DNA of 35,599 nucleotides from positions 1 through 35,599 of the IMG/VR virus record IMGVR_UViG_3300022670_000305. One strand, 5' to 3'. The notes under the pieces are model-generated. The model did not search any database and was not told the DNA's origin. It saw only the letters and a list, made by a program, of their open reading frames with translations. This document shows positions 14,570 to 23,961 of the stretch, piece by piece. Each line of letters starts with the position of its first letter. The stretch's first letter is position 1. This DNA comes from a virus. Lineage: Duplodnaviria; Caudoviricetes. Made by a program: the position numbers and the translations under genes.

Positions 14570-14740
14570 ATGGCTGAATCAGCGAACGCAAGAAAGAAAA
14601 AAAGCAGAGATAAAATAAAGGCTGCTGGATTATATGAGCTTCGCGACTTAACCGTAACGCCAGAAGAAGCGGTTATTATTAAAAAGCTATTCGATAAACT
14701 TAAACAGTTAAGGGGTAATGATGTTCGCAAAATTATATGA
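14570..14740 (+). CDS. Small basic putative DNA-binding protein, 56 aa
   Basis: Manual translation MAESANARKKKSRDKIKAAGLYELRDLTVTPEEAVIIKKLFDKLKQLR... Confidence 0.65.
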   Translation: MAESANARKKKSRDKIKAAGLYELRDLTVTPEEAVIIKKLFDKLKQLRGNDVRKII

Positions 14741-14972
14741 GACAGAAATTGGTCAGATTTTGGTTAAGCTAGATGAAGGAAATGAAGGCGCTCAAATAAA
14801 AATGTATTTTCAGCCTGAAGGTTTAGGGGTTTGCAGCGTTGACTTTAATTGGGTGGATTGTGATAACGAAACGCAATGGAAAAAAGCGGATGAAGCTTTT
14901 GAAATGATGACAGAAGAATCATGCTTTGAAATGGTTAAAAGTACACTTAGCAAGCTACTGTTAGAGGTATAA
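14718..14972 (+). CDS. Hypothetical protein
   Basis: ORF track (FAKLYETEIGQILV). Confidence 0.75.
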   Translation: MMFAKLYETEIGQILVKLDEGNEGAQIKMYFQPEGLGVCSVDFNWVDCDNETQWKKADEAFEMMTEESCFEMVKSTLSKLLLEV

Positions 14973-14975
14973 ATA

Positions 14976-15122
14976 ATGTCTACTCACAACGAGAACAAGA
15001 ATTCAATTTCAGTATCTACTCAATTAATTAAATTAATATTAATTGTTTGGCTAGTTGTCGGATTAGGTTCAATACCGAGCGTTATACATGCGCAAAATCA
15101 ATATGAACAAGCAAAGGAGTAA
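14976..15122 (+). CDS. Small single-TM protein
   Basis: Manual translation; GAGG RBS. Confidence 0.55.
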   Translation: MSTHNENKNSISVSTQLIKLILIVWLVVGLGSIPSVIHAQNQYEQAKE

Positions 15123-15125
15123 GTT

Positions 15126-15434
15126 ATGTTTGATGCTAACATGAGATATTTACCAAAAGGTTTAAAGTTCTTTGCGAAAGCTCACGGAGTTAGTGATTCA
15201 ATAAATAGGATGGGTGTTAATATTGGCGATTTAATACTTTGCCGCATGCTCAATAAAGGAAATGATAATCCTATCGTTGACATGTTAATAAACGGTAAAT
15301 TATTTTCTGTATCATCAGATAAAGATTTTTATGACAATTTGTTTGTGTATGAGGGTTGCTTTGATGGATCTGGATTTATTGACAAGCATTCAAAAAATAA
15401 AGCTATGAATATTTTAAATAACACATGGGGATAA
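15126..15434 (+). CDS. Hypothetical protein
   Basis: ORF track; AGGAG RBS. Confidence 0.7.
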   Translation: MFDANMRYLPKGLKFFAKAHGVSDSINRMGVNIGDLILCRMLNKGNDNPIVDMLINGKLFSVSSDKDFYDNLFVYEGCFDGSGFIDKHSKNKAMNILNNTWG

Positions 15435-15440
15435 ATGTAA

Positions 15441-15911
15441 ATGGATTTTAATCAATTACAAGATCGCGTAGTAATACCGATGTTAGAAAAAATACCAAAA
15501 GGTAAGACTCAAGAATCAATCAATGCAGTAATGATGATCATAGCGCATGAGTCGGTAAACGGATTTTACTTGGTTCAGCTCAAAGGTCCAGCATTAGGTA
15601 TGATCCAAATGGAGCCGCTAACACATAACGAAACATGGAAGTGGGGAGATACTATTTGGATCAATGCTTTAACTTGCGAAATAATCACGCAGCAAGAATT
15701 CGACTCAAAATCGCATCCTAAGCCTGATCGTTTAATTTATGACTTGGCTTACAATGTATTTATGTGTCGTCAACGTTTGTTTATGAAGAAAGGCGCATTA
15801 CCTACTGGCATGCATGAATTATCAAATTACTTAAAAAATGCGTGGAATTCAGCGTATGGAAAAGCAGAAGATTACAGTTATGTACACTCGTATAATAATT
15901 GGAATAAGTAA
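15441..15911 (+). CDS. Putative endolysin, lysozyme-like/transglycosylase fold
   Basis: IAHES (candidate catalytic Glu) and GPALGMIQMEP (GxxQ) motifs; followed by membrane proteins. Confidence 0.65.
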   Translation: MDFNQLQDRVVIPMLEKIPKGKTQESINAVMMIIAHESVNGFYLVQLKGPALGMIQMEPLTHNETWKWGDTIWINALTCEIITQQEFDSKSHPKPDRLIYDLAYNVFMCRQRLFMKKGALPTGMHELSNYLKNAWNSAYGKAEDYSYVHSYNNWNK

Positions 15912-15937
15912 CTTTATAACATAAAGGATAAGTAAAA

Positions 15938-16045
15938 ATGAAACAAAAAAATATTAATATATTAGCTAGCGTTGTTGTGGGGGTTGTTTTTGGGTTTTTA
16001 ATGTTCGCGCTTGTTGTTGTTGTGAATATTGCAGTTAATCAGTGA
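15938..16045 (+). CDS. 35-aa single-TM peptide
   Basis: MKQKNINILASVVVGVVFGFLMFALVVVVNIAVNQ; AAGGA RBS. Confidence 0.55.
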   Translation: MKQKNINILASVVVGVVFGFLMFALVVVVNIAVNQ

Positions 16046-16137
16046 TATTTCATGGCTAACTAACTTATGATACAATAAACATCACTATATAATACTATGT
16101 AGTGATGAAACTTAAATATTAAATCAAGGTATTAGAA

Positions 16138-16260
16138 ATGACTACAAGGCAACCAGGAAGAAAATTGACTGCAATTTTAACAGATCTAGAAGAAGGTAAA
16201 GTTTCTGTTGAAGAAGCTGAAGCTGAAATTAAAGAATTAACAGAAAGTAATGAATCTTAG
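16138..16260 (+). CDS. 40-aa helical peptide
   Basis: MTTRQPGRKLTAILTDLEEGKVSVEEAEAEIKEL... Confidence 0.5.
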   Translation: MTTRQPGRKLTAILTDLEEGKVSVEEAEAEIKELTESNES

Positions 16261-16777
16261 TTTTTTAACTTCGTTTTATTTTTTATTAGCGATCTATATG
16301 GTCGCTTTTCTAATTAATGGGAGGTCTATTCATTACTTTTTAGCGTTCATAGCCTCAGAATTTATTGGAAGGTTCAGTTTATTTTCTTGGGCTATAACTT
16401 ATGAGTGGGGTGTATTTATGCATCTTATTTGGTCAATTATTTATGCTTTATGTTTTATGTTCTTCTGGTTATCATTAAGCGAAGTTAATAAAAAAAATAA
16501 ATTAACAATGCTGCTTACTGTAGTTATGATATTATTTCAATTTGTTATGGCTTTAGATTGCAAATGGAGCGAAGGGAATGCAACGTTTTTGTATAATAGT
16601 TATAAATATCTCATTATTATCATTCATTGCTATATCGTTTCTACATTTATTAAATGGGGAAATATTATCGCCTTTATGGATGAACACGTTATTGGTATTA
16701 GGGGCATCTTCGGTGGTAATGGTTATTTTATGTTTTATTGGTATAATAAGAAAAACGACAACCTTAACGCAGATTAA
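16250..16777 (+). CDS. Multi-pass membrane protein
   Basis: About five hydrophobic segments. Confidence 0.7.
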   Translation: MNLSFLTSFYFLLAIYMVAFLINGRSIHYFLAFIASEFIGRFSLFSWAITYEWGVFMHLIWSIIYALCFMFFWLSLSEVNKKNKLTMLLTVVMILFQFVMALDCKWSEGNATFLYNSYKYLIIIIHCYIVSTFIKWGNIIAFMDEHVIGIRGIFGGNGYFMFYWYNKKNDNLNAD

Positions 16778-16782
16778 ACCCA

Positions 16783-17205
16783 ATGAGCATAGCCAAAGAC
16801 GAAGCGGAAAAAATAAGGATTGATATAGCTTTATTAAAGCTATCAGTTTCAGACACTTTAACTGCTGTACATGATCAAGCTAGCTCTTCAAAAGACCTAT
16901 TACAATCAGTTAATGAACTAACTATTGAAATCCGCGAAGATAGAGCTAGACGCGAAGCACACGATGAAAATCGCGAAACAAAAGATAAGTATATTCAAGA
17001 CCAAATTAGTTCAAACACTAAGCGCCTTGATTACTTTACTGAGAATTACAAACAACCAATAGAAAAACTTATTGTTTCTCAAGTTCGCTGGGAAAAGTTT
17101 ATTAGCGCAATATTCAGCAAGGCCGGAACAACGGTTTTTATTATTACTATTGTTGTAATACTTTACTTGTTAGGAATAAACCCAAAAGATATTAAATTTA
17201 AATAA
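16783..17205 (+). CDS. Coiled-coil protein with C-terminal TM helix, possibly lysis-associated
   Basis: TTVFIITIVVILYLLGI; position after the endolysin candidate. Confidence 0.65.
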   Translation: MSIAKDEAEKIRIDIALLKLSVSDTLTAVHDQASSSKDLLQSVNELTIEIREDRARREAHDENRETKDKYIQDQISSNTKRLDYFTENYKQPIEKLIVSQVRWEKFISAIFSKAGTTVFIITIVVILYLLGINPKDIKFK

Positions 17206-17242
17206 ATTAGATAAGTGATGATCAATGGCTTTTTTTTATGTA

Positions 17243-17386
17243 ATGAAAGACAGTATTAATGACGGCACAGCTACTGGTGATGCTGGTTTAGCTAAAGACG
17301 TTGAAACTGGTGAAGTTGGTGAGCGTGTTGAAGGTGTATCAAAAGTGAGTATTAAAAATGTACCCATAATTACGAGTAAAAAATAA
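17243..17386 (+). CDS. Hypothetical protein, 47 aa
   Basis: Manual translation MKDSINDGTATGDAG...; TAATG coupling. Confidence 0.5.
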   Translation: MKDSINDGTATGDAGLAKDVETGEVGERVEGVSKVSIKNVPIITSKK

Positions 17387-17697
17387 TGCCTTTATCACCT
17401 GATAATTCATCGGTAATAGAACATCAAGTAACTAACCCATTAGCTGTACCTATTTTTGTTAATGATGCAGCTGTTACCGTGACCATTCTTGATAATACTA
17501 GCACTGAAATACCTGATGAAGCTTGGCCTGTCACATTACCGTTTGTTTCTGGATCTGATGGAATATACAGAAAATCATTTGATCCGTTTAATTTAGTCGT
17601 AGGTGAAATTTACACGGTAATAATAAATGTAGTCGGTACAGATGCATTAGAAAGTAAATGTATAACTAAAATCAAGGCAACAGAAAGGATTTGTTAA
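17386..17697 (+). CDS. Beta-rich, probably Ig-like virion accessory protein
   Basis: AAVTVTI...WPVTL..V.GSDGIYR pattern. Confidence 0.6.
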   Translation: MPLSPDNSSVIEHQVTNPLAVPIFVNDAAVTVTILDNTSTEIPDEAWPVTLPFVSGSDGIYRKSFDPFNLVVGEIYTVIINVVGTDALESKCITKIKATERIC

Positions 17698-17819
17698 AAA
17701 TAAAATTACAATATAAATCAAAGACAAAGTATACTTCTCTCACTACGGATATATAAAAGAATTTAAGTAAACAAAGATAAGCTGATTACTTATCTAATAA
17801 TTGGATGGAAAGGTGATGT

Positions 17820-18158
17820 ATGAAAGATATAATTGTGAAAGCGAGCGTAATTGATACCGACCTAGTAAAAGCACTAATTTACTGTATCAATAAGTACAAG
17901 GATGAATTGCCAAAAGAGCTAGTAAGCAAGATAGAAGAAATAGCAAATTGCAAAACATTCGAATACGATGTTGATTATCTTAGAGCTAAAGGTTTAATTG
18001 CTTGCAGTGTAATTGCTGACAACACAACAATTGAAAAAGCAGTGTCAATAAACCCGATACTAAAAAGAATAACTGTCGACGGCTCTCGCTATGTTTACTT
18101 TGAAGATTGCGCAATTATAAGCTCTAAGGGTGAAGTGATCCCATTAGGTGACTTATGA
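17820..18158 (+). CDS. Hypothetical protein
   Basis: ORF track; ATGA-coupled to TerS. Confidence 0.7.
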   Translation: MKDIIVKASVIDTDLVKALIYCINKYKDELPKELVSKIEEIANCKTFEYDVDYLRAKGLIACSVIADNTTIEKAVSINPILKRITVDGSRYVYFEDCAIISSKGEVIPLGDL

Positions 18159-18640
18159 GTCAATCAAACCCCACTAAATCAGAAATAGATAAATACGCTA
18201 GTCATTATGTATTACATGGTGATCAATCATCTTCATTTAGAATTGCATTCCCTAAAAGCAAAGCCAAAGCAGAAACCATTCACGAAGCCGCTTCACGATT
18301 CCATTCTAAGAACAAGGTTCAAACAAGGATTAAAGAATTATCGGCACAAGTTCAAGCAATAGCTAAAGAAGAGTTTAAAATTGATGCTGCTTGGGTATTA
18401 AAGCAAGCACAAAAAGTTTATCTGAGGTGTATGCAAGAGGAAGAGATTACAATCAAAGGTAGAGGCACTGGCGAGTTTAAATTTGAAGCTGCTGGCGCTA
18501 ATAAGTCTCTTGAGATAATTGGTAAGCATATCGACGTGCAAGCATTCAATGAAAACCTAAGCATTAAAACAGGTGGCGAAGTTTGCCCGTGGGGTGAAAT
18601 CAAAGCTTCAGTTGATAAATTGAAAGACGATGATGAATAA
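18155..18640 (+). CDS. terS: Terminase small subunit
   Basis: IDAAWVL...ANKSLEIIGKHIDVQAF; directly upstream of TerL. Confidence 0.9.
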   Translation: MSQSNPTKSEIDKYASHYVLHGDQSSSFRIAFPKSKAKAETIHEAASRFHSKNKVQTRIKELSAQVQAIAKEEFKIDAAWVLKQAQKVYLRCMQEEEITIKGRGTGEFKFEAAGANKSLEIIGKHIDVQAFNENLSIKTGGEVCPWGEIKASVDKLKDDDE

Positions 18641-20157
18641 TGGGCGCGGTCTTAGATTGGAAGCCGCAAGAAAAGTTTACTGATTTCTTCTATACAACTG
18701 CCGACGAAATAATAAAGAAGCGAACTGTATTTAAAGAAGATCTAACTTACTTTGTTCCTTATGGCGGAAGGGGATCAGCTAAGTCATTTACGTTTATTGA
18801 TGCTTGCGTTGTTGAAGCTGCTCTTCGTCCTGTTAGAATTCTATGCACCCGTGAAATACAATTGTCAATTGATGAATCAATTAAGGCTGAAATCGAAGCC
18901 GCTATTGTTGATCGTGGACTAAGTCATTTCTTTAAAGTAACTGAAAAACAAATTGTTGGTATCAACGGTTCTAAATTCATGTTTAAGGGCATCAAGAACA
19001 ATATTAAAAATATTAAGTCGATTAGTGATGTTGACATTGTTCTATGTGAAGAATCCGAAAACGTATCAAAAAATTCTTGGGATAAACTTCTTCCTTCAAT
19101 TCGACCTAGAAAACCATTTGGCGGTAGAAAGCAACGCCCGATCATCATAGTAATTTTTAACCCGGACGATGAATTGGATGATACTTACCAAAGATTCATA
19201 ATTAGTCCACCGCCTAGAAGTTGTGTAAAGCTGATCAACTGGCGTGATAATAAATATTTTCCTGAAAACTTAGAAGAAATGCGCCAGCATTCATTAAAGA
19301 CTAGGCCATTATCTGATCATGAACATGATTGGGAAGGAAAACCAAAAACAGCGAGTGCTGATGTTATTATCCAACGTGAATGGATAAGAGCCGCAAGATT
19401 CGCCAGCAAGAAAGAAGGATTTATTAAATCAGGGCTTAAAAAAGTCGCTTACGATCCAGCTGGACAGGGTAGAGATTCAAACGCCGTTGTTTTTGCTGAT
19501 GGCAATATTATCAAGATGATTGACGAATGGGTTAAGTCTGATGATTTAAGAGAGGCTAGTTATCGTGCTTACAATCATTCTATTGAATTAGATGCTGATT
19601 CATTCATTTATGATACTTGTGGCGGTTTAGGTGATGGTGTAAGTGTTTTTATTGATGATAAGCGTGATCTTGTTATTGATGAAATAAATCAAATAAAAAC
19701 CACTACACAAGAAGAGCAAAGGGAATGTGAATACACCATTGGCAGAGAAGAGGATAGAAATATATTCGCCTTTGATGCTGGTTCAAGTGTTGTTAATCCT
19801 GATGATGAAATTGCTGGTACTGGTAAAACATGGGGCGAAAGGTGCGCAAATGCCAAAGCTCAAGCCCACATGATCACCGCGCAAAAATTATATAATACAT
19901 TTAGATTTGTTGTCTTGGATGAAGAAGGAATTAATCCTGACGATATGATTAGTATTGATATTGAGGATGATGTTGTTTTCAATAAATTAGTTAAAGAGCT
20001 ATCTTGTCCTTTATGGGTTAAATCAAAAACAAACAGTAAAAAGCAAGTTGAAAGTAAAGAGGCTATGGAGAAAAGAACGGGGCAGAAATCGCCTAATATA
20101 GGCGATGGTGTACATATGACGCAAGCACCACAAGCCAAGAAGAAATGCGCTTGGTAA
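18640..20157 (+). CDS. terL: Terminase large subunit (PBSX-like)
   Basis: Walker A GGRGSAKS, CTREIQ.SI.ES, Walker B LCEESE, FNP, nuclease YDPAG.G.D and SPNIGD. Confidence 0.97.
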   Translation: MGAVLDWKPQEKFTDFFYTTADEIIKKRTVFKEDLTYFVPYGGRGSAKSFTFIDACVVEAALRPVRILCTREIQLSIDESIKAEIEAAIVDRGLSHFFKVTEKQIVGINGSKFMFKGIKNNIKNIKSISDVDIVLCEESENVSKNSWDKLLPSIRPRKPFGGRKQRPIIIVIFNPDDELDDTYQRFIISPPPRSCVKLINWRDNKYFPENLEEMRQHSLKTRPLSDHEHDWEGKPKTASADVIIQREWIRAARFASKKEGFIKSGLKKVAYDPAGQGRDSNAVVFADGNIIKMIDEWVKSDDLREASYRAYNHSIELDADSFIYDTCGGLGDGVSVFIDDKRDLVIDEINQIKTTTQEEQRECEYTIGREEDRNIFAFDAGSSVVNPDDEIAGTGKTWGERCANAKAQAHMITAQKLYNTFRFVVLDEEGINPDDMISIDIEDDVVFNKLVKELSCPLWVKSKTNSKKQVESKEAMEKRTGQKSPNIGDGVHMTQAPQAKKKCAW

Positions 20158-20227
20158 GCTTTATTGTTGAGTTGTGTTATTATAATTATTAATATAAAAG
20201 TATCACAGATTAAAAAGGCAATAAATA

Positions 20228-21610
20228 ATGTTTGGTATGTCTACAAAAGAAAAACATCTAAAATTACAAAGCAAATACCAAGCAGAACTTAAAGATTTGC
20301 TTATTCAGATAAATAGCAACACTGAAAGAACTGGCTTTTTCGCTAGGTTTCAGGGTGGTAGTTTTGATCAAGCTGATACTCTTCATAATATTTTCGAAGA
20401 TTTTGGTTATCCTTGCCAATTAAATTTCTTTAACTTTTGGAATATGTTTCGCCGTTTTGGTGTTGCTTCAGCTGTTGTTGAAATGCCAGCTGATATTTGT
20501 TGGTTGTCACCACCAGAAATAGAAGGATCTGATACTTTTAATAAAGAGTTAAAGCAGTTAATTAAAAAAACTAATCTTTGGAATAGACTAAAAGGTTTAG
20601 ATAAGCGACAACGTGTAGGTAGGTATGCCGGATTATTGATTGAAGTAAAGGACAGTAAAAAACTAAGTGAACCTGTTTCGTCACTTAATGGTATTGGTAG
20701 TATTAAAAACTTAAAGCCAATTTATGAAGGTCAACTTGAGGTTTCTACAATTGATAAAGACCAGCAAAGTGATAATTTCGATCAACCTACCATGTACACG
20801 TATAATTCAGGTGCTACAGGTGATAGAAACGACGAATCAACTTTTAGTGGTCAAGTTCACCCAAGTAGATTAATAATAGCCGCTGAAGGTGCTGATGATG
20901 GCAGTATTTACGGTATAAGTTCATTAGAGAATATATTTAATGACTTGATGGATTTAAGAAAAATTAGCGGTGCTGGTGGTGAAGGGTTTTATCAGAATAC
21001 ACGTAGCGCGCCAGTAATAACGGCAAAAGAAGGATTTACCTTGCCGGACGGTAAACAGAGAGATGCTATGGCTGAGGAAATAGAGGATTTCTTAGGGAAA
21101 TGGCAAAAGAAATTTATAGCTAATGGTGTAGAATTTACCTATCCAAATATATCACTAGATAACCCTAAAGAATTTGCTGAAAACTCTTGGGCTAACATCA
21201 GCGCAGGAAGCAAAATTTCATCCGATGAATTACGCGGAACACAAACAGGCGTCTTAGCTGGTGATAAAAACAGCAAGTCAACACTTAGTAGAATGCAATC
21301 AAGGCGTGAAAACTTCTTAACTGAACTAGTAACCGACTTTATTGATTGGATGATATTACATCAAGTATTAACCGCTTCTGAGTATGAAATTGAATGGGAT
21401 GATTTATTAGCTGCTTCTGATGATGATAAATTATCATTGGGTGACAAGATGGCAGGTATTAATGAAAAGTCTTTTAGATCTGGTCTTGGTAATGTATTTA
21501 GCGAAGATGAAATTCGTGAAGCTTCAGGTCATGAACCGGCTGAATTTGAACTTCCTAGCGAAGCTATCGACGATGAAAGCATTGACGATGAGCTAAGCAA
21601 TGACGCATAA
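20228..21610 (+). CDS. Portal protein (DUF1073-type)
   Basis: Follows TerL; VGRYAGLL, VHPSRLI, GGEGF motifs. Confidence 0.9.
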   Translation: MFGMSTKEKHLKLQSKYQAELKDLLIQINSNTERTGFFARFQGGSFDQADTLHNIFEDFGYPCQLNFFNFWNMFRRFGVASAVVEMPADICWLSPPEIEGSDTFNKELKQLIKKTNLWNRLKGLDKRQRVGRYAGLLIEVKDSKKLSEPVSSLNGIGSIKNLKPIYEGQLEVSTIDKDQQSDNFDQPTMYTYNSGATGDRNDESTFSGQVHPSRLIIAAEGADDGSIYGISSLENIFNDLMDLRKISGAGGEGFYQNTRSAPVITAKEGFTLPDGKQRDAMAEEIEDFLGKWQKKFIANGVEFTYPNISLDNPKEFAENSWANISAGSKISSDELRGTQTGVLAGDKNSKSTLSRMQSRRENFLTELVTDFIDWMILHQVLTASEYEIEWDDLLAASDDDKLSLGDKMAGINEKSFRSGLGNVFSEDEIREASGHEPAEFELPSEAIDDESIDDELSNDA

Positions 21611-22520
21611 AGCAACCCGTCAAGAAGTCGACCCGACTCACCAGGCCCCGAATAGGAAAAGGGCAAATCAAGATAATACTACCCGGTTAAATAATGCTAA
21701 CAAACAAGTGTTATCACTTTGGCGCGATATAGATTCAAAGAAAACAGTTAGAAAGCAAATAGTAAACGAGACTTTAGATTTTTACGTTTATGATTTAACT
21801 AATAATGATTTAGAACAATTAAGTATTGATATTGAATCTATTATCAACACTGAAATGGAAACAGAGCAGCTAAACCCGCCGTTTAACTGGTATTATTCGC
21901 AATACATAGAAACGGCAACTAGAAGCGGTGTTATTCAAGAAAACTCATGGATAGAGGTCTTGCTCGCTGGCTTAGTCTTTACGCTTATTGCTGATGCAGT
22001 CTTGCTCTCTTCTGTAAGATATCAAACATTTTTAATTAAAGTAATTGAAGATAATTATCGATTACTTAAAAATCTATCTGCCACAACTAGTCGAGAAGTA
22101 TTTAATGTTATCAACCGCGGTATTGATGCCGGACTTGGCAAAGCTGCCATTCAACGAGAAATAACAAAACGCTTTCAAGTATCAAAATCTTCATCGAGAA
22201 GAATTGTTAACACCGAAATAAACAAAGCTTATAATAATTCACGCATGAATACCGTTGAAATTTATAGAGAGTTTGGAGCGCCTTTAGCTGTTCAGCATTT
22301 ATCAGCTTTAATACCTACAACAAGAGACAATCACGCGGCTAGGCATGGCAAAGCATATACACCAGAGCAACAACGCCGTTGGTGGGATACAGGAACAAAC
22401 AGGATTAATTGTCATTGTAGTACAAGATCAATAGTTGTTAACAGGGATGGTACTGTTGAGGATAAAACCGCACAAGACAAGGTTATCAAGCGCGGCCGTG
22501 ATTGGTTTAAATCTAATTAG
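21600..22520 (+). CDS. Minor head protein (Mu gpF/SPP1 gp7 family)
   Basis: RIVNTEI...TTRDNHAARHG...INCHCS. Confidence 0.9.
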   Translation: MTHKATRQEVDPTHQAPNRKRANQDNTTRLNNANKQVLSLWRDIDSKKTVRKQIVNETLDFYVYDLTNNDLEQLSIDIESIINTEMETEQLNPPFNWYYSQYIETATRSGVIQENSWIEVLLAGLVFTLIADAVLLSSVRYQTFLIKVIEDNYRLLKNLSATTSREVFNVINRGIDAGLGKAAIQREITKRFQVSKSSSRRIVNTEINKAYNNSRMNTVEIYREFGAPLAVQHLSALIPTTRDNHAARHGKAYTPEQQRRWWDTGTNRINCHCSTRSIVVNRDGTVEDKTAQDKVIKRGRDWFKSN

Positions 22521-22528
22521 GTTATTTA

Positions 22529-22777
22529 TTAAACTTTAAAATGATCAACAAGCAGATTGACAATATCAAAAGCTTCTAACATGGCCTCTTTTTCTATTTC
22601 AAAATGCTTCCTAGCCGTTTCTAATGTCGCTTTTTCTTCAGTAGTTACCGAGAATTGGTTGAATATAAAATCATCTATTGAGTCACTATTGTCTGTATGC
22701 GAGTTTTTAACTGGGACTAATATTTTATAAAGCTCTGCTAGTTTTTGCTTTTCTAGTTTTGATATATTTGTACTCAT
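22529..22777 (-). CDS. Hypothetical protein (moron 1)
   Basis: ORF track; GAGG RBS. Confidence 0.7.
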   Translation of the reverse strand: MSTNISKLEKQKLAELYKILVPVKNSHTDNSDSIDDFIFNQFSVTTEEKATLETARKHFEIEKEAMLEAFDIVNLLVDHFKV

Positions 22778-22778
22778 T

Positions 22779-23021
22779 TTATTTATCCTCTTCCCATTTT
22801 TTTAAATTTAATACCGCATTTTCTAGGCATTCAACCAAAGTATTGCAACGCTCAGATACAACTACACCACCTGAACTTGCTTCATACACTGTAATAATTG
22901 TGATATCACCTACCTTTGAATTAGCAGGGATCCCATGATGTTTCTTAACCAAAAAATCACCAGTTAATAAATACTCTGCACGATCTTTAGTTGACATTAA
23001 TTTCCATTGTTTATCTTTCAT
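22779..23021 (-). CDS. Hypothetical protein (moron 1)
   Basis: ORF track; GGAG RBS. Confidence 0.7.
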   Translation of the reverse strand: MKDKQWKLMSTKDRAEYLLTGDFLVKKHHGIPANSKVGDITIITVYEASSGGVVVSERCNTLVECLENAVLNLKKWEEDK

Positions 23022-23022
23022 C

Positions 23023-23649
23023 CTACTTCTCCTTTATAGATTTAATCTCATTAGCTATACGAAGGAGATAGCCTTTTAGCGGTTCATTCTGCTTGAGCGC
23101 TACCTCTTTGACGTGATTTGACTTAAACTTCTTGTAAGCTTTGCTTGTATCCTCTTGATTATCAAAATAGCCTATGTGCTTTAATTTTCCATTAACGCTG
23201 CATCCAGCACGAAATTTATTGCTGCTTACGAAAAGGCTAACTCCGCGAGGGTAATCCCCTCTTATTGCGGCATTATCACCAAGCAAGCTGTTTATTTCCT
23301 TACTAATAAAAATACACATTTCAGGGGAGTAAACCTTATTCCCTGTAATTATTATATCCTTATCTAAATGCCTATCTTGCCAGTTTTGTTTGATCATCCA
23401 CGCTTTAAAATTAGAGAAAGTTAACCATTCTTCACAAACTGAGCAGTCTTTATATGTCGGCTGAATTTTGTGAAAGCTGGCAGAGTAGCAACGTTTGATC
23501 ATATTTTTCCATCGTATATATATTGGACAGAAAAACCTTTTGCCATTAACTTTAATCTCTGTCTTATAGGTGGAATCATTTACCCCGAAACCGAATACAG
23601 GTTTTCTTGCGGCTAAAGATATTTTGTTTGCTGGGACTTCCTTAAACAT
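23023..23649 (-). CDS. HNH-like homing endonuclease with AP2-like C-terminal domain
   Basis: W.NMIKRCY...YKDCSVCEEW..FSNF...LDKDI..GNKVYSPE; PRGV...KHIGYF. Confidence 0.8.
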   Translation of the reverse strand: MFKEVPANKISLAARKPVFGFGVNDSTYKTEIKVNGKRFFCPIYIRWKNMIKRCYSASFHKIQPTYKDCSVCEEWLTFSNFKAWMIKQNWQDRHLDKDIIITGNKVYSPEMCIFISKEINSLLGDNAAIRGDYPRGVSLFVSSNKFRAGCSVNGKLKHIGYFDNQEDTSKAYKKFKSNHVKEVALKQNEPLKGYLLRIANEIKSIKEK

Positions 23650-23667
23650 AATACATTCCTCGTTAAA

Positions 23668-23832
23668 TTAAAGTTTACTTTTTAATCCGTTAACTGAAAG
23701 CATGAGAAAGGCGTTATCCTTAGCTTCCTTGTGCTTATGAGTATCCCACCATGTTTTCTTTCTATTAATGACCGACAAAAAATCATCAACAGTGTAACCT
23801 TTGCTTCTTAATATCTTTACCGCTTCATTCAT
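23668..23832 (-). CDS. Small HTH-like protein heading moron 1, 54 aa
   Basis: Manual translation MNEAVKILRSKGYTVDDFLSVINRKKTWWDTHKHKEAKDNAFLMLSVNGLKSKL; similar to 33806-33976. Confidence 0.75.
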   Translation of the reverse strand: MNEAVKILRSKGYTVDDFLSVINRKKTWWDTHKHKEAKDNAFLMLSVNGLKSKL

Positions 23833-23961
23833 TGATATAGCCTTTCGTAGTTAAATAGAACGCATACCGTAACACGATAGAATTAAGTGTACAACTGATT
23901 TTCTTTTAAATAAACCTTGTTAGTGTTATTATTTGACATATAAACAAACAAGGTATATCTA

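Noticed and set aside
20228-21610. Anti-CBASS Acb1 label sometimes attached to DUF1073 proteins
   Set aside because: Size and position after TerL indicate a portal; I see no separate 2H-phosphoesterase domain.
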